Shown here piece by piece: positions 1 to 7,829 of a stretch of 20,000 bases of DNA (positions are counted from its first letter, which is position 1; the number at the start of each line of letters is the position of its first letter). Made by a program: the position numbers and the translations under genes. Origin of the DNA: an uncultured virus (IMG/VR IMGVR_UViG_3300022900_000008) (lineage: Duplodnaviria > Heunggongvirae > Uroviricota > Caudoviricetes); IMG/VR virus record IMGVR_UViG_3300022900_000008, one strand, 5' to 3'. The notes under the pieces are model-generated. The model did not search any database. It was not told where the DNA came from and saw only the letters and a list, made by a program, of their open reading frames with translations.

Positions 1-153
1 CTTACGATCTTTTATGGCGGTAAAGGCGGTAGCGGTAAACGAATAGACATGGAGTTTTCATCTCCTACATATTCATTTAAGATTAACATCAGAGACACAC
101 AAGGTAAGGATGGATTCCCTACTCGTATGATGTGTGACTTCAAATACGTATAG
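1..153 (+). CDS. 3' end of a hypothetical phage protein, truncated by the window start
   Basis: Frame 1 is open from base 1 (LTIFYGGKGGSGKRIDMEF...FPTRMMCDFKYV) to TAG at 151-153; the next gene starts 8 nt later after AGGA. Confidence 0.75.
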   Translation, partial: LTIFYGGKGGSGKRIDMEFSSPTYSFKINIRDTQGKDGFPTRMMCDFKYV

Positions 154-161
154 GAACAAAC

Positions 162-1403
162 ATGCAGACGTTCAAAACATATATCGCTGAGGCGGCTAAG
201 AACCTCCATATGACTCACCTTGAGGATCAAGTAATCTATGGTGGAGTGAATGGCGCAAGACAAGCAATCCTTGCTCTTCGTTCTCTTCGTGATATGTTAG
301 CCGGTGAGGCAAAACGTCCGGTTGATGTAACCGTCAAATGGGACGGAGCACCAGCCATCTTTGCTGGAGTGGATCCAAGGGATGGTAAGTTCTTTGTTGC
401 TAAGAAAGGCGTGTTCAATAAAAACCCTAAGATCTATAAGACTGATGCCGATATCGATGCGGATACATCCGGTGATCTATCAAATAAGCTAAAGACTTGC
501 CTTAAGTATATGCCTTCACTTGGTATCAAAGGTGTGGTTCAAGGCGACTTGATGTTTACGTCTGATGATATTGATACCGATACTATTGACGGTACTAAGT
601 ACTATACCTTTCAGCCAAACACAATCGTATATGCAGTACCCGTTGACTCTGACGGCGCAAAGGAAATCAAAAAGGCTAAGATGGGTATCGTATTTCATAC
701 ACGATACACCGGATCTGACTTTGAGTCAATGAAAGCATCGTTTGATGTTAAGGCTTCTGAGTTTAAGGCAACACCAAATGTTTGGTTCCAAGATGCAACC
801 CTTAGGGATCTATCAGGTACGGCTACGTTGACTAAGAAGGATACCGACGAGGTAACCAAGGCATTATCCGAAGCGGGTAAGATATTCCGTAAGATTGCTG
901 GATCAACTCTTCGTGAGATCGAAGGAAATGAAACCTTGGCTCAAACCATTGAGACTTACAATAATACGTTTGTTCGTAAGCAGGAAGTCATCAAGGATAC
1001 TAGAAAACATGTTGACGGATTAATCAAATATATATCTGATAAGTATCAAAAAGAAATCGATACCAAAAAGTCAGAGAAGGGTAAGGCAACATGGGAAGGC
1101 AAGAAGGCGGATATCTTAAAGTTCTTTTCTTCCTCAAATAAAGCTAACCTAAAACTACTGTTTGATTTGCAAAAAGCAATCGTTTCTGCGAAACTTATTA
1201 TTATAAATAAACTAAACAGGTTGCAAAAGATGTCAACATTCGTTCGTACTCCAAACGGATTTAAGACGACAGGTGTTGAAGGATACGTTGCAATCGACAA
1301 GTTAAGTGGTGGTGCAGTTAAGTTGGTGGACCGTATGGAGTTCTCCTACAACAACTTTAGCCCTGATATTATTAAAGGCTGGGACAAACCGTCTCGATCC
1401 TAA
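162..1403 (+). CDS. Conserved T4-like phage protein (recalled as DUF6267-like) with ATP-dependent ligase/nucleotidyltransferase-type motifs; probably virion-internal
   Basis: 413 aa; N-terminus MQTFKTYIAE resembles the T4 capsid-targeting sequence; TVKWDG (KxDG), VVQGDL, EGYV and VKLV occur in the order of ligase motifs I, III, IV and V. Confidence 0.7.
   Translation: MQTFKTYIAEAAKNLHMTHLEDQVIYGGVNGARQAILALRSLRDMLAGEAKRPVDVTVKWDGAPAIFAGVDPRDGKFFVAKKGVFNKNPKIYKTDADIDADTSGDLSNKLKTCLKYMPSLGIKGVVQGDLMFTSDDIDTDTIDGTKYYTFQPNTIVYAVPVDSDGAKEIKKAKMGIVFHTRYTGSDFESMKASFDVKASEFKATPNVWFQDATLRDLSGTATLTKKDTDEVTKALSEAGKIFRKIAGSTLREIEGNETLAQTIETYNNTFVRKQEVIKDTRKHVDGLIKYISDKYQKEIDTKKSEKGKATWEGKKADILKFFSSSNKANLKLLFDLQKAIVSAKLIIINKLNRLQKMSTFVRTPNGFKTTGVEGYVAIDKLSGGAVKLVDRMEFSYNNFSPDIIKGWDKPSRS
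1202..1209 (+). promoter_or_regulatory. Candidate T4-type late promoter TATAAATA, internal to the CDS and about 210 nt upstream of ORF 1419
   Basis: Exact match to the gp55 late consensus. Confidence 0.5.
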
Positions 1404-1418
1404 TGGGAATTTGGAAAA

Positions 1419-1820
1419 ATGAAAGACTATAAACAAGTTCAACGAGAGCTTACGGAATTAAATGCAGATGGACATCAAGACTCGACTGACGAGGCCTTGA
1501 CTGCTCAACAGCGAATGAAGCTGAAGCAATCCATCCGTCGTAACAAGGCTAAGATTCGCCTTGGACGTGAAAAGGCAAAACGTAAGACCGCGTCTCCAGA
1601 GGTACTACAAAAGAGAGCCAACAAACAGGCTCGTAACGCTATCCTTAAAAAGATACTAAAGAACAAGGATAAAAGCGACCTCAGTTATTCCCAAAGATCA
1701 TCCATTGAAAAGCAGCTCGATAAAAAGAAGTCTGCTATCAAGCGTATCGCTAAACAACTCCTTCCAAAAATTCGTAAGGCCGACCGTGCTAAGTTAAGCG
1801 GCGGTAAGAAGGAGAAGTAA
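1419..1820 (+). CDS. Highly basic, probably helical protein; likely head-internal or prohead-core-like nucleic-acid-binding protein
   Basis: 133 aa; short acidic leader ending LTE...TDE followed by a very K/R-rich body; TAATG-coupled to the next gene. Confidence 0.6.
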   Translation: MKDYKQVQRELTELNADGHQDSTDEALTAQQRMKLKQSIRRNKAKIRLGREKAKRKTASPEVLQKRANKQARNAILKKILKNKDKSDLSYSQRSSIEKQLDKKKSAIKRIAKQLLPKIRKADRAKLSGGKKEK

Positions 1821-3259
1821 TGTCTTTTAAGAGTTTTGCTGAATACGTTACCGAAGAGACGAAAGAAGTCGTCGTTGCATGGGGTCGATATAATCCCCCT
1901 ACGATTGGTCATGAGAAGCTTATGACTGTTGTTAAAAAGGTTGCGGGTAGCGGTCAGTACAGAATCTATGCATCTCAATCGCAGGATCCCAAAGAGAATC
2001 CTATTGAGTATAAAACCAAAGTAAAATATATGCGCAAGATGTTTCCAAAACATGCGCGCAGCATTATGCTTGAACCAAAGATCCGTACAATGTTTGATCT
2101 GATGACCAAACTATACGACGAAGGATTTACTAAGGTAACCCTCGTTGCTGGTTCTGACAGAGTTCCTGAGTATGATGTAACACTAAATAAGTATAACGGT
2201 GTAAAGGGTCGCCACGGTTTCTATAACTTTGAGGGTGGCGTTAATATCGTATCGGCAGGACAGCGAGATCCTGACGCAAAGGGCGCAGCGGGTATGTCTG
2301 CATCTAAGCTCAGAGCTGCGGCCGAAAATAACGATTTCAAAACATTCAGTAAAGGTATGCCTGCTGGGTTCAAAGAAACCCAACAGTTGTTCAATGATGT
2401 TCGCAAAGGTATGGGTCTGAAGGAATCATATGACTTTAGATCTCACTTGCAGTTACAGTCAGTGTCGGAGGAAAGGGAAGCCTACGTTTCTGGAGATCTA
2501 TATAAAGAAGGTGATCTTATTGTCGTAAAGGAAGACGACGAGGTTGGTGAGATCATTATGCTAGGATCTAATTACGTATTGGTCGAAATGGCTAGTGGTA
2601 AAAAGGTACGTAAATGGTTAACCGACATTGAGTTGGTTGAGAAACTAAAACCACAAGATCCTGATGCTGATGAAGTTCCAGGGTCTCAACCTAAAGGTTA
2701 CTACAAAGGTGTTGATAAGGATAAGAAAGTCGCACGGGCTAAGCACTTCCAACGAGGCGCTAAGAGTGACGATGATGATCCTGCTTCTTATAAGCCTGCT
2801 CCAGGAGATGCCGAGGCCAAGACTAAGCCATCCAAATTTACTAAAAAGTTCAAAAGAATGTATGGTGAGCAGGACGCAACTGACAAGGCCAAGGAACGTA
2901 TTGATAGAGAAAAAGAATCTGATAAGATTAAGCATGACCGTATGATGGATCGTGCAAGGCTCAGAGATACCAAAGCAAAAAATCAAGAGGAAGATGTGAA
3001 ATCATTTAGTTCATTTGCTGGTATCATGACCGAGGATACTACTGCAGCACTTAAGAAGAAAGCTGATAAATCAGGTATGCCAGTAGGGATCCTAAGAAAA
3101 GTTTATAACCGTGGCGTAGCCGCTTGGAGAACAGGACATCGTCCTGGTACTACTCCTGCACAGTGGGGTATGGCTCGCGTCAATTCATTCGTAACTAAAT
3201 CGTCAGGAACTTGGGGCAAGGCTGATTCCGATCTTGCTTCTAAAGTAAGGGGAAAATAA
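1820..3259 (+). CDS. HIGH-superfamily (cytidylyltransferase/NMNAT/PPAT-like) nucleotidyltransferase fused to several C-terminal modules (last one recalled as DUF5824-like)
   Basis: VVVAWGRYNPPTIGH (HIGH-type), VAGSDR and MSASKLR motifs; N-terminus MSFKSFAEYVTE; C-terminal module ILRKVYNRGVAAWRTGHRPG...WGMARVNSF. Confidence 0.8.
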   Translation: MSFKSFAEYVTEETKEVVVAWGRYNPPTIGHEKLMTVVKKVAGSGQYRIYASQSQDPKENPIEYKTKVKYMRKMFPKHARSIMLEPKIRTMFDLMTKLYDEGFTKVTLVAGSDRVPEYDVTLNKYNGVKGRHGFYNFEGGVNIVSAGQRDPDAKGAAGMSASKLRAAAENNDFKTFSKGMPAGFKETQQLFNDVRKGMGLKESYDFRSHLQLQSVSEEREAYVSGDLYKEGDLIVVKEDDEVGEIIMLGSNYVLVEMASGKKVRKWLTDIELVEKLKPQDPDADEVPGSQPKGYYKGVDKDKKVARAKHFQRGAKSDDDDPASYKPAPGDAEAKTKPSKFTKKFKRMYGEQDATDKAKERIDREKESDKIKHDRMMDRARLRDTKAKNQEEDVKSFSSFAGIMTEDTTAALKKKADKSGMPVGILRKVYNRGVAAWRTGHRPGTTPAQWGMARVNSFVTKSSGTWGKADSDLASKVRGK

Positions 3260-4590
3260 TGGACTTCTTTAAGTTAAGAGAAAACGCTGGAGAGTTTGGC
3301 ACAGACAAACTCAAAAAGAAATACGAGGATGACACTCCTGGTCAAAACGAAAAGTATCGCCCACCTACTAAGGCGGAGATCGATGCTGACAAGAAGAAGG
3401 ATCAAAGAGGTAAGAAGCGTCCTTCTATGTCATATAAGAGCGCTAAGAAATCTGTATATAAAGGCATGATGGGCGGTCTTAAGAACGAATCAGTTGAGCA
3501 GCTCGACGAGTTGGATGCAAAGACTCAAAAGAAGTTCGTCGCTGGCGCAAAGGCTATGAAGGCATACGCTACGAAGAATGGTGGAGTCGATAAGGCAGAC
3601 TTTATGAAGGCTGCTAAAATGATGGACGACATCGCTCGCATCAATCTACTTCAAGCAGGTCCTATCCTTTCAAGACTGAATCGTTTTGTCGATGGATTGG
3701 ATACTGATGTCCGTGAGCGTATCTACGTTGAGCTTAAGAAGGTTGGTCTTGTAGAATCCATCAACGAAGAGCTTAAGGTATCTGATGGTGTAGCAAAGTG
3801 GATTACTGATTTCCAAGCATCTGATGCTCCACAGTTCCAAGGTAAGTCTGACGACGAAAAGAAAAAGATGGCTATAGCTGCATTCATGGCGGCTAAGCAA
3901 AAAGACGGTGGCGACGATAAGGAACCACAAAAGGATGAAAGCTCAAAGGCGGCCTTAATGAAGAAGCTTGCTAAATCGGCAGCCTCTTCCGAAAAAGGTA
4001 AAGCAAAAGTAACTTTGAAAAAGGCTCCTTGGGATAAGAAGAACGAATCGGTTCAAAAGGGAACTCATATTTCAGACGATCCAAAGGCTATGGCTAGAAT
4101 AGAAAAATTCTTCAAAGGTTTGAAGCATCAGCCCAAAGGCAAAGATATGAAAGATATGTTTGGGTTCATGATGAAACAAATGGGTTATAACTCCAAGACC
4201 GGCCTTAAAGAAGATATGAACGAAAACGAAGATCTAGCAGAAGCTCCTGGCAAATATACAAAAAGAGGTGATAAAGAGCTGTATCAATGGGGTGACATCA
4301 ATCAAGCTTTGATGTCTGCCGGCGCTAATATGCGAATTATCAGCAATGTATTGACTAAGCTTTCAAAGAAAGAAGTTGGTTTACACGAAGATCTAGCAGA
4401 AGCAGCCCCTAAGATTAAAGGTCCTTCCGTAAAAGGTGGAAAGATCATGGGAGTGCCAGGAAAAAAGCTAGGGCAGAAACTTGACATCGAGCCACAAGTT
4501 AGTGGTCTGAAATTGATGTTCAGAGTAACGAGTGACGATGGTTCGTTTAAGACCGTTGATGTTGCTGGTTTAGCTAAGATGGTAAAGTAA
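3259..4590 (+). CDS. Modular putative head-internal polyprotein
   Basis: 443 aa; basic segments separated by acidic linkers (LKNESVEQLDE, LVESINEE, KNESV, LKEDMNENEDLAEA, LHEDLAEA); TAATG coupling on both sides. Confidence 0.7.
   Translation: MDFFKLRENAGEFGTDKLKKKYEDDTPGQNEKYRPPTKAEIDADKKKDQRGKKRPSMSYKSAKKSVYKGMMGGLKNESVEQLDELDAKTQKKFVAGAKAMKAYATKNGGVDKADFMKAAKMMDDIARINLLQAGPILSRLNRFVDGLDTDVRERIYVELKKVGLVESINEELKVSDGVAKWITDFQASDAPQFQGKSDDEKKKMAIAAFMAAKQKDGGDDKEPQKDESSKAALMKKLAKSAASSEKGKAKVTLKKAPWDKKNESVQKGTHISDDPKAMARIEKFFKGLKHQPKGKDMKDMFGFMMKQMGYNSKTGLKEDMNENEDLAEAPGKYTKRGDKELYQWGDINQALMSAGANMRIISNVLTKLSKKEVGLHEDLAEAAPKIKGPSVKGGKIMGVPGKKLGQKLDIEPQVSGLKLMFRVTSDDGSFKTVDVAGLAKMVK
4226..4403 (+). 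repeat. 19-nt exact direct repeat ACGAAGATCTAGCAGAAGC at 4226-4244 and 4385-4403, encoding EDLAEA
   Basis: Read directly from the sequence; a second near-repeat AAGAACGAATC(A/G)GTT lies at 3481-3495 and 4039-4053 (KNESV). Confidence 0.9.
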
Positions 4591-4820
4591 TGAAGTCTTT
4601 TCTAGATTATACTAAGGAAGGTTCAGAAACCTGGGAAGCAGGTTACAAGAGAAGAGTCGTTAAGACTACGAAACCTGAACATAAAGAGAAGGGGCTTAAC
4701 TGGAGGATCAAAGGTAAGGATCGTCCGGAGATATCTATAAAGCTCTATAAAGATAAGCCATCGCAGCAAGAATTTAATAAACAAATGAAGCGCGTGGCAG
4801 GTCATGAGTTTGGAGGCTAA
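4590..4820 (+). CDS. Small basic hypothetical protein with capsid-targeting-like N-terminus
   Basis: 76 aa starting MKSFLDYTKE; TAATG-coupled to the upstream gene. Confidence 0.7.
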   Translation: MKSFLDYTKEGSETWEAGYKRRVVKTTKPEHKEKGLNWRIKGKDRPEISIKLYKDKPSQQEFNKQMKRVAGHEFGG

Positions 4821-4821
4821 G

Positions 4822-5175
4822 GTGAAAAAATTCAATAGTTATAATCAAGACGTAGTGGATCAATACTGTGAAGAGTGTGATCTTTACGAGAATCTTGAAA
4901 TCACTGAAGCCGAATATCAGGGTAAGAAAGTTAAACTAAATGATCCGTTTAGAACGTCGGGTGGTCCTAAAAAGTTTGCAGTATACACTAAGAACGATAG
5001 TGGTAATGTTGTTATTGTACGCTTTGGTGACCCTAAAATGGAAATCAAAAGAGACGACCCAGCTCGTCGAAAGTCTTTCCGTGCCAGACATAACTGTGAC
5101 AATCCTGGACCAAAATGGAAAGCCCGATACTGGAGTTGTTACCAGTGGCGAGGCGGAGCAAAAGTAGATAACTAG
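4822..5175 (+). CDS. Conserved marine-phage protein (recalled as DUF6321-like); probably virion-internal
   Basis: GTG at 4822 follows GGAGG at 4812-4816 (ORF track start 4804); acidic leader ending ITE|AEYQG, then VRFGDP...RRKSFRARHNC...ARYWSC. Confidence 0.7.
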   Translation: MKKFNSYNQDVVDQYCEECDLYENLEITEAEYQGKKVKLNDPFRTSGGPKKFAVYTKNDSGNVVIVRFGDPKMEIKRDDPARRKSFRARHNCDNPGPKWKARYWSCYQWRGGAKVDN

Positions 5176-5188
5176 GGGATTAACTACC

Positions 5189-5551
5189 ATGGCAACTAAA
5201 CGCGAGCAAGAACTGCTCACAAAACTATCAGACAAATTTGATGTACACATGGAACAAACCGCCCATGATCAAAAGAGAATGATAGTGATGGAAGAGAAGC
5301 TAGATAAACTAGCCGACGCTGTTGTTTCCATCGCAAGAGCTGAAGAAAAGATTTCTGTTCTCATTGAGGATACGCGTGATATAAAAACTAGCGTGGATGA
5401 GAACACTAAAAAGATCCATGAACTTGAACTAACTTCGTCAGCCAACTCTGCTGATCTGAAAACATTAGGCAAGTTCTTCTGGATGGTCGCTGCGGCGGCA
5501 ATCACAATCTGTGCCGGAGCAATATCAATGGCACTTGGAATACTAGAGTAA
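5189..5551 (+). CDS. Coiled-coil protein with one C-terminal transmembrane helix (XhlA-like or holin-like topology)
   Basis: Heptad-rich body; hydrophobic tail FFWMVAAAAITICAGAISMALGIL. Confidence 0.6.
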   Translation: MATKREQELLTKLSDKFDVHMEQTAHDQKRMIVMEEKLDKLADAVVSIARAEEKISVLIEDTRDIKTSVDENTKKIHELELTSSANSADLKTLGKFFWMVAAAAITICAGAISMALGILE

Positions 5552-5567
5552 TTAAAGGAGCACTCAA

Positions 5568-6203
5568 ATGTCGCTAGACAACGAACTTAAGAGTATCGCT
5601 CAAGCGTATTTGAGCATGCTTGACGAAAAGAAAATGGCCAAAGAAAATGATGATGAGGACAAGGTTGATTGTCCTAAGTGTGAAGGCAAAGGATGCGATC
5701 ATTGCGATGACAAAGGTTATCATATGAAAAAAGATGAAGCAATGGATCCTGTCAACAAAAAGGCCGTTAAAAAAGATTTTGACGATCGTAAAGATAAAGA
5801 CATCGATAACGACGGAGACGTCGATGATTCTGATGAGTATCTTCACAAGCGTCGTAAGGCAATATCAAAATCAGTCAAGAAGGAATCCTATGATTGGGAT
5901 ACTATTCTTGAGATGAGCGATGACGAACTCGATGCATTTATCGATAGTCTTCCAGAGTCTGCAATTGATCAACTCACGAAAGAGTTTGAAGCGATCAGTG
6001 AAGCAGCTTCCGCTCAGATGAAACCAAAGCCTGAGGATCAAGAGAAGCTTGAACCACGCGCAGCTGGTGAAAAGGATTTTGCCGATAAGCATAAGGTTGA
6101 CGTAAAGGATAATCCTGAGACTAAAAAGCAGGATGGTTCTGAAAAGGTTAAACAAGCTGCTGGTCGTAAAGGCGATAAAAGACTAAAGGACGTTCGTAAG
6201 TAA
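5568..6203 (+). CDS. Highly charged modular protein with a Cys4 motif and an EF-hand-like acidic loop; probably head-internal
   Basis: AAGGAG RBS; leader ending MLDE; CPKCEGKGCDHC; DKDIDNDGDVDDSDEYLHKRRKAI; internal KKES and ISEA linkers. Confidence 0.65.
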   Translation: MSLDNELKSIAQAYLSMLDEKKMAKENDDEDKVDCPKCEGKGCDHCDDKGYHMKKDEAMDPVNKKAVKKDFDDRKDKDIDNDGDVDDSDEYLHKRRKAISKSVKKESYDWDTILEMSDDELDAFIDSLPESAIDQLTKEFEAISEAASAQMKPKPEDQEKLEPRAAGEKDFADKHKVDVKDNPETKKQDGSEKVKQAAGRKGDKRLKDVRK

Positions 6204-6240
6204 CCAATAAATATCAGTATAATGATATTATTGAGGTTAC
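6200..6240 (+). promoter_or_regulatory. Late-promoter variant AATAAATA (6206-6213) in the 5' arm of a hairpin covering the RBS of ORF 6247
   Basis: GTAACC-AATAAATATCA pairs with TGATATTATT-GA-GGTTAC around loop GTATAA; GAGG is in the 3' arm. Confidence 0.6.
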
Positions 6241-6246
6241 GCAATT

Positions 6247-6615
6247 ATGAAGTCTTTTGATGAATTGAATGATGAAAACTTTTTGGAGTTTGCTGCAAAG
6301 TATTATAGTAATCCGCAGTGTACTTCAGAAGAAGAGTTTTATGATGACTTAAACCGTTTTAAGTATTTGAAACGATTGATGAAAAGGTATTTTGACAAGG
6401 GGGATCTGCAGGAAAGATTGATACTAAACCACATTATTATACTATACAATGTGTTTGGTATTCCTGCAGCAAACCGCATGATGTTCTATAAGTTTGAACC
6501 TCATTGCTGGCCCCTTATTAAAACCTTTCTTATCTTTCTTCATTACCTTAAGACGAATGAGTATAACGACATTCCTCTTGACGAAAATGTTATAGAGGTA
6601 CTAAGGAATCTATAA
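6247..6615 (+). CDS. Conserved hypothetical protein of marine T4-like phages
   Basis: FDELNDENF...YSNPQC...EEFYDDL.RFKYLKRL...ERLILNHIIILYNVFG pattern recalled from T4-like cyanophages and pelagiphages. Confidence 0.75.
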   Translation: MKSFDELNDENFLEFAAKYYSNPQCTSEEEFYDDLNRFKYLKRLMKRYFDKGDLQERLILNHIIILYNVFGIPAANRMMFYKFEPHCWPLIKTFLIFLHYLKTNEYNDIPLDENVIEVLRNL

Positions 6616-7196
6616 TGGGCATTGTTTCTAGAGCAGCAGATGTATATTACACATACAGATTCATTCGCACGTTGGTCACACCGTGGGAAGAACTGGATGC
6701 CTATAAGTTAGGTCTTATTGACGGAAACGGAAAGAACCTAAAGAAACCTTCTACGTCTGAGGAAAAGGATTCATACAGCGTATTCTTTAGACTCGTATTT
6801 AATATCAAAAGAATTTTAGAAAAGTTGCCGTTCGGTAAGAGTCGTATCTCTTCCTATGCCGCAGCTTTGTTTTTGCTCAAGGAACACACTAAGATGTCCG
6901 ATGAGCAAATGGCCCATGCTTTTGCCGAGGTAGGAATAGACATTGATAGTCTACTTGCTGAGGATAACGCGTGGCACGTACAAGAGAATAACACACTATC
7001 TCCTGGTGTGTTTAAGTTGGCGCAGGATATCGCTAGTCCACTGACTGGTGAAATGATTGCTCGTAAAGGAACTACTGTTTTAGTTGACGAAGGGACAGAA
7101 CCGTCAGGTCTTGTCTTAGGCGAAAGTATATATAAAATTAAGCATGTTCAAACTAAGCAGGACATATTTGTATCTTCCGGAGACTTGTTGCGATGA
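6615..7196 (+). CDS. Conserved T4-like hypothetical protein
   Basis: AADVYYTYRFIR.L.TPW...AYKLGLID..G motif recalled from T4-like phages; TAATG and ATGA coupling. Confidence 0.7.
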   Translation: MGIVSRAADVYYTYRFIRTLVTPWEELDAYKLGLIDGNGKNLKKPSTSEEKDSYSVFFRLVFNIKRILEKLPFGKSRISSYAAALFLLKEHTKMSDEQMAHAFAEVGIDIDSLLAEDNAWHVQENNTLSPGVFKLAQDIASPLTGEMIARKGTTVLVDEGTEPSGLVLGESIYKIKHVQTKQDIFVSSGDLLR

Positions 7197-7708
7197 AAAA
7201 TTTTAGCTTTTGGGTAGCTACTATGGATGAAGAATTACAAGAAGCTGCTGCTCCTCGTTGGAAAAGAGCTGGTCCTAATGGCGAAATACAAGCTACTATC
7301 GGTGGAAAGAAATATCAAATAGAAAAAGCACTAGACCACAACGAACGCCATAAAGGCGAGTGGAAAGTTATGGTTTGGGATAAGCGTAGACGAGACTGGG
7401 AGTGGGAAACCACTGAGTACAGTAAAGCCAACGCTAAAGCTTGGATTATGGATAGACTAAAAGAAGAAACCATTGATGAAGATAGTCCTTGCTGGGATGG
7501 TTATAAGCAAGTCGGTACTAAGAAAAAGGGAAAAAGAACAGTTCCCAACTGTGTACCAGAAGATGCACCCGTAAACGCGGTCGGTACGGACGGTGGCGTT
7601 GATCTGAACCCAACAGGTCGCCCCGTGAAAATGGATCGCAGGTCTAGGTGGGACGTGAGCAAGTTGTTCCGTCGTGCAAATGGACCTAAAAAGAAACAGG
7701 AGAAATAG
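7193..7708 (+). CDS. Modular putative head-internal protein
   Basis: Starts MKNFSFW...LQE|AA; internal LKEETIDE; short CWDGYKQVG...VPNCVPE module. Confidence 0.65.
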   Translation: MKNFSFWVATMDEELQEAAAPRWKRAGPNGEIQATIGGKKYQIEKALDHNERHKGEWKVMVWDKRRRDWEWETTEYSKANAKAWIMDRLKEETIDEDSPCWDGYKQVGTKKKGKRTVPNCVPEDAPVNAVGTDGGVDLNPTGRPVKMDRRSRWDVSKLFRRANGPKKKQEK

Positions 7709-7709
7709 A

Positions 7710-7829
7710 ATGATTGACGTACTTATCTGGGTAGCAGTTGGCGCATTTATCGGTTGGAACTTTCCTCAACCGTTTTGGGCAAAGGCCATCCAAAATAAAG
7801 TTATGAGCGTTCTTAAAAGAGACGTATAA
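7710..7829 (+). CDS. 39-aa membrane peptide, not in the ORF track (MIDVLIWVAVGAFIGWNFPQPFWAKAIQNKVMSVLKRDV)
   Basis: AGGAG upstream; fills the gap exactly and is TAATG-coupled to the spanin gene; N-terminal hydrophobic helix. Confidence 0.7.
   Translation: MIDVLIWVAVGAFIGWNFPQPFWAKAIQNKVMSVLKRDV

Noticed and set aside
4226..4403. 19-nt repeat as a CRISPR repeat or attachment site
   Set aside because: Only two copies, in frame within a CDS and 159 nt apart; no integrase nearby; better explained as protein linker repeats
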